This document shows positions 9,636 to 18,893 of a stretch of DNA of 24,524 bases, piece after piece (the first letter of the stretch is position 1; each line of letters opens with the position of its first letter). Where the stretch lies: contig JBDOQK010000083.1 of NCBI GenBank assembly GCA_040437565.1, forward strand, positions 62,001 through 86,524. The letters run 5' to 3'. The DNA comes from Albugo candida. Its lineage: Eukaryota. A program made the translations under genes and the position numbers. The notes below the pieces were generated by a model, which saw only the letters and a list, made by a program, of their open reading frames with translations, was not told where the DNA came from and ran no database searches.

Positions 9636-11159
9636 CCGAATCACTTGAAAGAAATTCAGCTAATGGAGAATACATTCTGCTCGTGCGTTCTGTATGAAAG
9701 CAGGCGAGGTTAATTTTTGATAGTAATATTAAGAATCTTTGATCGACCTGAGGGTGAAAATAAATTTTTTGGCTTATGTCTGAATCGATTAATCAGCACG
9801 TTGCATTAAATGTATTATTCGGTTTTGGATGTGTCGATTTCATTTTCGCTGAAAAGTCAATGCCTTCTGATGAGGTAGATCAATGTTTTGGTTTCGTATT
9901 CACGAAATTCAGTGGTCGAGATATGCAACATTATTGCGAGCTTTTGTGATGGAAAATATTCTTTTAGATGTGCCTTTATCACCTGAATGGAGCATACAAT
10001 GGAAGTTGAGTGTGAATTGGTTCGTTTATCAGGACCATGGTATTGAAGACGGTTTGATCTTGAGAAGAGAAGACCCAATTATCAACTAAAAGCTAGATTT
10101 GGACTGGCCAAAGAATAAGAAGTAAGTCAGGAAGATGAAACTGCCATTCTGCCTTCACAAACACCATAGATTGTGACAGAACAAGCAAAATCACTAGGAC
10201 CGAACTGAAAGCGAGATCAACTTCTTTGCATAGCTTAGCACACGGTTCTTGGATGATATTTGAAATCCAAATCTGCATACCCAAATTACAATTTCTTAGA
10301 AGTAAGTTTTCGTGGTATCCACTCGTAATATTTCTATCAGTTGAGTATGACGTGATGCAACTACTTTTTATTTTCGTGGTGAGCGTCTACACCTTATGTA
10401 TACAAGTCTTTGTATAAAGCGCCAAGAGAATATACTCTTTAACAAGCAGAAATTACTAAAGAAGATGTAGATCTGGCTACTTATTGCATTACTCCAGCAC
10501 GAGGGTGAAGATACGTTCCCAGCCTTCCAAAGTTTTTGATCAGAAGGTCTTTGGCATTCACTTGTCGACGCACGAAGGTAGCTTTAAGAATTCAGTAACG
10601 ACGAAATATTGGATCATGAATCTCAGTTCTACTACATGCTCTTACATTCTTTTCTGGACAAGGAATTGATAAACAGCATAGCTGGACGAGGGTAAGGTAA
10701 AAACGATTGCGTATCTAAGTAGAGATGGAAAGCTGCTTTCCCATATGACTGAGCAATTGCCACAGCTCATCTATATAAAAATAGCGTAGCAGAATGAATG
10801 TACAAATCATCCCATTTTGATATAAAGTTCTCAAGATTTGCTCCTACCGAAGTCGAACTGTTCGGGATTTCAGCCCCTCCAAGACAACTAGTCGTGTCTA
10901 TATACTGCTTGATACACTTGAATTACTTCTACCAAGCAGGCTTTCGTGCGCTTAGCGAGTACAGCTTAATAGTGGCCATGTCTGATAGTGCTGTATTGCG
11001 ACATTTTTGTGAAGAAATTCAGGCTGTGGTCGCGTGTCAATCCATTTTGTCTCATCCAGTGCAATGGATGTAATGCCAAACTAGAGCGAAATAGTGATTA
11101 TACGACGACCAAGCTGGCCCATGTAGAAGATATAAAAGAAAGTAACTTAATTGGATTTG

Positions 11160-12150
11160 CGTCAGAAGAGCAAAACCGTCTCTCAAATTGCGTTAGTACG
11201 ACCTACATGGCGATAACGATCAAGCACATGCGAAGTAATTTATCTCCAAGCATGTGTGGACTACCAGCCTCATTGAAACAGCTTGATCCGGAAACGCTTG
11301 GCGAATGTTTGAAGATCGTCTTCGAATATCAGCTGGAAAGAAGTATTTTGCTTCGATCACAACATCACTCGGCAACCACCTTGTTATATCGGTCTTTACT
11401 TTGTCCACCCGCTCGAAATGCTGGCGTGCTTTCACTTTATCTTGTACCATCATTCCAAACAGCGTATCTATAGTCCTATTGGACAACTTTGTGGCGATGG
11501 GAAAGTACGTTCAAAAGTGCTCGCGCATCGGTCACAACGCTTTTGCCAAAATGATCTATCAAGATCAGAAGGCATTCATGCGAGGACGGTAGATACATCA
11601 TCACATTCGACATCTATCCGCATACAAGACCTGGTCATTGCATTCACCGTGAAGCCGAAGCGTATGCAGGTATTTTCGACTATGGAAAAGCGTATGACCA
11701 AGTTAATTGAACGTATATATTTCCCATTTGGACAAAAGGGAGGTAATTAAAGCATATTACACCGTTCATGACACCACAAGGTGGAGCCAAATTCGGCGAT
11801 CCTCTCTCAGTTCTCAGTATTATTTTTCTGATGACGATCGAGCCTTTAAGAGAATTATCACGCCAACATGAAGAACGTAGCATTTGGATCATAGATACCA
11901 CATCTTTTTCAACTGAGCTATACATATTTTGCCGACGATTAGACATTGCTTTTAGAAACACCAAAGGTGTTGAAGCAACTCGAACTCGTACAAATTTATT
12001 GGGATGGATCTGGTGCGAAGGTCAACCTGAGCAATTCATCCTTGCTCAACGTTACTATCAAGACGAACGCATTCGTCTTGCAAAGATGCTGGATCAATCT
12101 GCACGCACGAAACATTCGGTGAATTTCTCAGAAATCGAAGATCATTGCTG
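11160..12150 (+). mobile_element. Decayed non-LTR retrotransposon (LINE) ORF2 reverse transcriptase fragment
   Basis: LINE RT motifs occur in the correct order across frames with stops and frameshifts: SPSMCGLP (~SPGxDGLP), YSPIGQLCGDGKVRSKVLAHR (~YRPIALL…KILSKVLAxR), IYQDQKAFMRGR*IHHHIR, DYGKAYDQVN* (~DFEKAYDRVxW, from 11678), GAKFGDPLS…FLMTIEPL (~QGDPLS), FADD at 11928..11939, GSGAKVNLSNS, SVNFSEI (~VKYLGI). Ends are uncertain (may span about 10800..12290). Confidence 0.85.
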
Positions 12151-12310
12151 CGTGTACGGCACCGGCAAGTAGAAGTGCAACTGCAACTGCGATCCTATTC
12201 CTAGCTAGATGGATGTGTTTAGCCTTGTGTGGCTCAAACCACTTTTGCAAAGTACAATACCTTTAGACAAATTCGTTTCGATCATTTACACCTGAAAACA
12301 GTCTCTTATT

Positions 12311-12612
12311 GTGGTGGTTGAAGCTACCGCAATAAAGACTATCGACCAGAGGACGTACTATCATCTCTCACAGGTATTGAGTAACATGTATGCGTACATG
12401 TTATCCAACCACAGCCTAGGCATCTAGAAAAGTCAATTAGTCTAATTCTAGTAATATAGACACCTTCACCTGAGGTGGTTTGAGAAAACCGCAATCAGTT
12501 AGGACTACCAGCGAGAGGACATATTATCATTATCTCTTACAGGTATTTTAATGAAAGGTTTCTTGATGCTTACGTATACTTTTCAGAAGTTTGGCTTTAG
12601 CCTCACATCTAA
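12311..12612. repeat. Imperfect two-copy direct repeat (period ~160-170 bp)
   Basis: GGTGGTTGAAGCTACCGCAAT…GACTA…AGAGGACGTACTATCATCTCTCACAGGTATT (~12314..12378) resembles GGTGGTTTGAGAAAACCGCAAT…GACTA…AGAGGACATATTATCATTATCTCTTACAGGTATT (~12474..12547). Weaker similarity continues to AGCCT…CATCTA in both copies. Confidence 0.7.
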
Positions 12613-13176
12613 GGTTGCGCAGCTCAGCTACATATCCAAGCGGTTTAGGACGTCCATTCGCATAATTGAAGGGAGCCAAAACGTGAACTCCGGTCGTAGA
12701 GTAGCTACTTATCACTATTCTTTTATCTCATCTCAGAAGCACGATCCAAGAAAGTGCACTTGCCGAATATGCTTCTAAATATCACGACATGCAAAGCAGA
12801 TCTAGATTCCGTTTAATACCATTGAGCCAGCAGAAGGTATCATAAAGAACCCTACGAGACATACAATGCAAAGCAACGTATGTCGGGTGCCCGCCGAGTG
12901 TGATAGAACGCGCAAAATTAATTTTATTTGTTATTTTTTTTATAGTAGCACGTGCAATTTTGCAGTATAGCGATATCACTTCACTTGTAGTGAGCTAAAT
13001 TCAGCTTTTCGGTAGGATTGTACCCATGCTTGGTCGTTGAATCAGTATGGCGGACGCCACATTTCAATTTATCTATACAAAAGCTTTCAAATGCAAAACT
13101 CAAAAGGAGAACAAGGGAGACTTTTAGAGTTCCTCAATCATACATTTTTGATTGCATTGGTCTACAAATTTTGCAG

Positions 13177-16100
13177 TTATACTGAAACTTCATCTGCTTT
13201 GCCGTCTTCAGATTTATCCCTTTGCTCCGATTCGGTTAACACTGTCGAGTATTTGGATCGAGAGTTTTTGAATCTATTCCAAATCGGAAAAGATGTTTGC
13301 GAGTTTTCATCTTCGTCAATGTCAAGGCTCGCATTCTTCTCAGCATCAGAGACTTCATCTCGACAATTGTTGCGTCCAGTCTCCTCTTCATCATCATCGC
13401 GCGGACTTGAGCGATTTGAACGAACGGACTGATACTGCGGCTTTCGTCTCACACGGCAAATACGAAGGAATAAAAGACCCAAGCAGCTAATTATTGGAAT
13501 CATTACCACCAACGACAACGACATTAATGCCCCATTACTTCCGGTCATATCTGCCTCGAAGGAAGCGCGAGATTGATTCTTCGTACTCAAAACAAATTCA
13601 TTCGAGGGACCCGAGTGATTCGTGGTAGAAATCTTTTGTATTTTTGTTTGACCAAACACACTGATCAGGTCACCAATCTCGGTACAAACATCTTGCAGAT
13701 CCAAAGCTTCAAACGATAAACTATCATTGCCAAAAGACTCACAGAATTGACATCGTGGGAGGAATACAGGCTCCCACATCTGGAATGTTATGGTTTCGTC
13801 AGACTTTATGCCAAGCGCTACGATAAAAAAATGTTTTTGGTTTGTGCTGAACATAATCAAACAAGAGAATCGTACAAACGCGAAATAGCTGACAACTCCA
13901 GGTCTCCTTGATCATTACATAAAGCTCTTGTGACGACANNNNNNNNNNNNNNNNNNNNNNNNNNNNNNNNNNNNNNNNNNNNNNNNNNNNNNNNNNNNNN
14001 NNNNNNNNNNNNNNNNNNNNNNNNNNNNNNNNNNNNNNCGCGGACTTGAGCGATTTGAACGAACGGACTGATACTGCGGCTTTCGTCTCACACGGCAAAT
14101 ACGAAGGAATAAAAGACCCAAGCAGCTAATTATTGGAATCATTACCACCAACGACAACGACATTAATGCCCCATTACTTCCGGTCATATCTGCCTCGAAG
14201 GAAGCGCGAGATTGATTCTTCGTACTCAAAACAAATTCATTCGAGGGACCCGAGTGATTCGTGGTAGAAATCTTTTGTATTTTTGTTTGACCAAACACAC
14301 TGATCAGGTCACCAATCTCGGTACAAACATCTTGCAGATCCAAAGCTTCAAACGATAAACTATCATTGCCAAAAGACTCACAGAATTGACATCGTGGGAG
14401 GAATACAGGCTCCCACATCTGGAATGTTATGGTTTCGTCAGACTTTATGCCAAGCGCTACGATAAAAAAATGTTTTTGGTTTGTGCTGAACATAATCAAA
14501 CAAGAGAATCGTACAAACGCGAAATAGCTGACAACTCCAGGTCTCCTTGATCATTACATAAAGCTCTTGTGACGACACGTTTGTCTCTACAAATGGGAGC
14601 ACGAGATTGTTGATTTTCATACTGAGCGGACCAACCATATTTCCCAGTCGCTTGGTTTGGAATGTCCGAGTTTCGCTACTCTTACTCGCTAAGCCTTTCC
14701 AATCCATGGAGGCTACAACATGAACAAGGTACGTGTCCAATTGTGATGCGTTGAATGGCCCGAGTCCTGTATTGGCGAGTTGCATATTGAGCTCCAGAAT
14801 GTTCTTCCTATTAAATAAAACACTTTGCATCTTGACGGAGAATAAACTTCCAGAAATGCGAGCAGCAACGAGATTGGAGTAATGTAATTCTGCTGAAAGA
14901 GGTATCACACTCTCTGCTTCAGGCCAAAATCCATTTGTTGCTTCAAAACCCGGTCCAACTTCAGGTGACATGGAATATATTCCATGCGCTTTCCACATCC
15001 AATCACTCGTTTCGCCATTTACACTGTACAGATTACTTTGTTCCCAAGATCGTCCAAAGCCAAAATGGTTGTATCGAACCATTTCTTCGACGATTGTCTG
15101 AAATGCTGAGGCTTCTTTCTCTGGCGGATATCGGAGATCCTTGCATGCAAAAGGCAGATTGAAATACCGTCCAAACGAGTGATAATTCAATGCTACTCGG
15201 TATTTGTTACGTTCTACCAGAAGCTTGATAGCTAAGGTCTCAGGCTCCGAAAATGGCCGTATCCCTCGAAAATCCTCTGCGCAAGGATCATCGGAGCTTC
15301 CAGTCTTGTCTTCAGTGTAACACACGTCATAGTTGCGATTCAGATCCACACCTTGATCTGTTTCCGACGAGCAGGTGTGTGAATTAGTGTTTTTTCGACG
15401 CCCTGGATTAGCAAGCGCCCACGGTCGGAGCTTTTCATTCTTGACATAGCCATCCGGATTCACCAATGGAATAAACCAAAGCTCACGTGACGAAAGTAAA
15501 GCCAGCGCTTCGATATTATGATGTTCACCAACATCCTGTAATAAAACATCAATCGTATAAACTAACGTCTGCGTCATAATCGAAACATAATGAGCATTCA
15601 GTGAGCTTCAGAACAACGCTGTAGAGTTGCCTTACCATCATGGATATGGGCTGAGTTCAACAAGCGTAAATGAGTTAAACCGCTTTTGGTAACAAGAGTC
15701 AAACGATTCACTACCTCTCTCGAATGGTGCATTCCTGTAAATAATGATTGCGGGACTTCTGAGTGGGCGTTTTCTTTGCGGCAGGAGTGCCCCAAACAAA
15801 GCGCTAGTAGAGGTCTTCCTTCAAATGACCTTCCGATCTCGAGTAAACGGGACCACATTGGATACGTTTGCTCAATGTTTGTGAGGAAAGCTTGTAGCTC
15901 CTTGTAGGAGAATGATCCCTCAATTGAGCCTTTTTTGGCGGATAATCGCTCAGGCTGTTCACTAAAGCGATACAATTTGCAAGACTTCTTCACTGTTGCA
16001 TTTTTTGTAGTAGCAAAAAGCTGCCAAGATAAAGGACAAATATCGCTGTCTTTTACCGCACTCATCAATTCCAAACTCACAATTTCTATACTGGGGCTAC

Positions 16101-17110
16101 GAACATGGTTTTGTTTAGATGATATTGACTCGATATGGAAAGTTAGATTCATAGAAGAAGGAGTATCGTGTATCTGACGGGTTGAGTCGTACATATTGGG
16201 GAGAAATGTCTCGTGAAGTAGTATGTCATCGACAAACCATCGAATCCATTCTTCTTCGTTCCATACAACGTCGATCACATGCTCTTCATCAAGCATCTAC
16301 GTCCATCCTGCGTTAGTACATAATTTGACGTAATATGTATACAATCTCTCACACAGGGAAGCTGTACAAATGTTTCCTGATAGCTATCAAGCGATTTTAG
16401 CCCAATCCGCAAGTGATTGCTCGATGCTTCGTCCCCATTAGGTGCTTTGTTGTCAAGCCACAACGTTAAGTTCCACGGTGATAAATGTATTTCTAGTCGA
16501 CTTTTCCACTCCTTCGACGAGCTCTACCACGTAAATGCAATTAGTCGCATCAAAGAAAGAGACAATTCCATACCTTTAAAAATGATCCAACAACACGCAG
16601 CTGATTGCGTCCCGTGCATCGATCGAAATGAGTCGACAACGTGAAAAAAGACGACACTGTGGATGAGAAGTGTAGTGACGAGGATTCTTTGCTCATTTGA
16701 TGCAGAGATATGTCAGACACATTCCAATCGTATTCCCAGGTTATTGGTATCGAGTTGTTGGCATTATGAGTCTCACGCAAGGAGTAAAGAGACGAATATC
16801 GACTGCGATTGAATTTCTCATCCCAAATAGAAGACAGAAGGCATGTTTTTTTCTTAAATGTGCGGATATTGCTCATAAGCACTCCACGACTCTCGCTAGC
16901 TTGATGACTGTATGATTAGATTACTATCATTATAATCTTTCACTAGCTTGCACTGTAGTGTGTTGTATCGATCCGATTATAGACATAAACGTTTAAAATT
17001 GTAATAGTGGGAATAAGAATGGGAAGCGATGGTCTAAATGTCGTGACATCAAAGTGACGACTCATTTCCAAAAGATTGATGCAATACACAAAACAAAGTA
17101 TCATTTTCAT
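13177..17110 (-). CDS. Membrane-anchored M14 zinc carboxypeptidase with N-terminal GH16-like domain; exons (putative 17110..16944), 16907..16574, 16523..16353, 16296..15715, 15650..15636, 15568..14515, then a last exon 13817..13177 (its 5' part repeated at 14456..14039)
   Basis: M14 motifs are all present: IGRSFEGRPL, GMHHSRE|PISMM (HxxE), FIPLVNPDGY, RRKN, GVDLNRNY, PFSEPET, LNYHSFG, YSVNGETSDW, SPEVG (catalytic Glu). GT-AG introns 16573..16524, 16352..16297, 15714..15651, 15635..15569 and 14514..14457 keep the frame. A hydrophobic segment (ALMSLSLVVMIPIISCLGLLFL, 13530..13465) is followed by RICRVRRK. The first exon and start codon are uncertain. Confidence 0.85.
13400..14577. repeat. Exact 539-bp duplication across a 100-N gap (13400..13938 = 14039..14577), probable assembly overlap
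   Basis: Identical copies abut both sides of the N run 13939..14038; collapsing them gives one uninterrupted gene. Confidence 0.85.
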
Positions 17111-17910
17111 CCGTTTCTGGCGGTTTTGACATTTATCTCGACGTTGGCTACTGGAAACTAAGGAACGACGATGACGCTCGGGCGGTTGCATAGATTGTGA
17201 ATAGCAGTGATGGACTTGGCGCAACTATTTTCCACGGTCAAATGAAAACGAATGGTGCGACACCATAAACACTGGTATTGGACCCTTACCAACCACAAAC
17301 ACTGATTTCAACACTTTAGATGCGTATATCTCGGCGAAACCAGCAGGAGAGAGCGACGAGGACAGCAGGGGAATTCTTTGCCGAGAGTTTGTACTGTTTC
17401 CAGACAATTCACAAGCAACAAACTTACGCGTTGAACAAATCGCATACATTCCATTATCAGCTTATGTTCCGCTCACGAATGATTCACCCATCCAAATTCG
17501 AGTGCCAATTACTGCCGCGCTTAAGCCAGCATGAAGATGGGAGTAGTAAACGAAATAGCTGTCAGGAAGGTGGTATTGAATGTGATCAGCTCTTAAAATA
17601 AATTGTCACTAGTTTCTGTCCGTCTACTGCGTAGAAGAGACACATATTCTGCAGCCGTAGGTATTCCTCAGTATCCTCTGTTGCTTCTTCTCTTCTTCTG
17701 CTATCAATATTTTACTCGACTAAGAATAAATATGCTGGAGACACAAGATAGCGGAAAAGCCGCAGAATTTCACCAATTTCTTCCAGATGTTTAAGTCAAT
17801 TCCTCGGTCCCAGCGGTAGAGATCGTTTTGAGTGCTTACGAGGAATAGGAAGTCGCCCAGACTATGCCGTTCACGCCTACAGACTTCAAAATTGCGACTA
17901 TAACAGTTCG

Positions 17911-17926
17911 TCATTTTGTAATTCAG
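17911..17926 (+). promoter_or_regulatory. Possible INR(+FPR-like) element upstream of the glycine-rich gene
   Basis: TCATTTT-GT-AATTCAG 80 nt upstream of ATG 17991; INR match is good, FPR match is imperfect. Confidence 0.35.
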
Positions 17927-17990
17927 CCTTTCTGGTTCTCAGCAACTTGACCCACGTAGCAAACGAAATACCCCACTGACTAATTGTACC

Positions 17991-18893
17991 ATGAAGCTTC
18001 AGACAACAACACACTCAATCTCAGCCGCAGCATTGATACTCTTTACGGGCAATTTTTGTGAGGGAGACTATGTGAAAGAATTACGATCATATCCCATCGC
18101 TGAAAGCCTTCCTAGTACACCCGCTTATGGTTTGGGAGATAATGGCAAACTTGGTAAGGAAGCTTGCGTTGAAGGCGGAGGTGTAGCTGGAGGTGGCTTT
18201 GGAGGTGGAGGGGTTTTTGGAGGTGGTGCTGGAGGTGGTGCTGGAGGTGGTGCTGGAGGTGGAGTTGGAGGTGGTGCTGGAGGTGGAGGTGGTCTTGGAG
18301 GTGGAGTTGGAGGTGGTGCTGGAGGTGGAGTTGGAGGTGGTGCTGGAGGTGGAGTTGGAGGAGGTCTTGGAGGTGGAGCTGGAGGTGGAGGTGGAGTTGG
18401 AGGNNNNNNNNNNNNNNNNNNNNNNNNNNNNNNNNNNNNNNNNNNNNNNNNNNNNNNNNNNNNNNNNNNNNNNNNNNNNNNNNNNNNNNNNNNNNNNNNN
18501 NNNGGTGCTGGAGGTGGAGCTGGAGGAGGTCTTGGAGTTGGAGGAGTTCTTGGAGGTAGAGGTGGTCTTGGAGGTGGAGGAGGTCTTGGAGGTGGAGGCG
18601 GAGCTCGAATCCGTCTTGGAGTTGGAGGTGGATTCGGTGCTGGAGTTGGAGCTGGAGCCGGAGCTGGAGGTGGTGTGGGAGGTGGAATTGGAGCGGGAGG
18701 TGGCGTTGGAGGTGGATTCGGTGCTGGAGGTGGAGGTAGAGCTCGAATCGGTCTTGGAGTTGGAGCTGGAGGTGGATTCGGTGCTGGAGGTGGAGCCGGG
18801 GCCGGAGCTGGAGGTGGTGCGGGAGGTGGAATTGGAGCGGGAGGTGGTGTTGGAGGTGGTGTTGGCGGTGGTTCACGGACTCATTCTTTGTGA
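17991..18893 (+). CDS. Secreted glycine-rich repeat protein (length uncertain, gap 18404..18503 inside the repeat)
   Basis: Signal-peptide-like MKLQTTTHSISAAALILFTGNFCEG, a short unique linker, then (GGG[A/V/L/F])n repeats encoded by GGAGGTGGx-type units, ending SRTHSL-stop. Confidence 0.8.
   Translation: MKLQTTTHSISAAALILFTGNFCEGDYVKELRSYPIAESLPSTPAYGLGDNGKLGKEACVEGGGVAGGGFGGGGVFGGGAGGGAGGGAGGGVGGGAGGGGGLGGGVGGGAGGGVGGGAGGGVGGGLGGGAGGGGGVGXXXXXXXXXXXXXXXXXXXXXXXXXXXXXXXXXXGAGGGAGGGLGVGGVLGGRGGLGGGGGLGGGGGARIRLGVGGGFGAGVGAGAGAGGGVGGGIGAGGGVGGGFGAGGGGRARIGLGVGAGGGFGAGGGAGAGAGGGAGGGIGAGGGVGGGVGGGSRTHSL

Noticed and set aside
10988-11473. CNGC motif and ECLKIVFEYQ suggested a HEI10/RNF212-like RING protein
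   Set aside because: The other RING ligands are missing, and the segment is better explained as the pre-RT part of the LINE ORF2 that continues in order into the RT motifs.
12311-12612. CRISPR-like repeat-spacer array
   Set aside because: Only two long, diverged copies in a eukaryotic context, with no cas genes.
13915-14499. Apparent tandem paralogue or alternative last exon of the carboxypeptidase
   Set aside because: Identical to 13400..13938 and abutting an N gap; most simply an assembly overlap.
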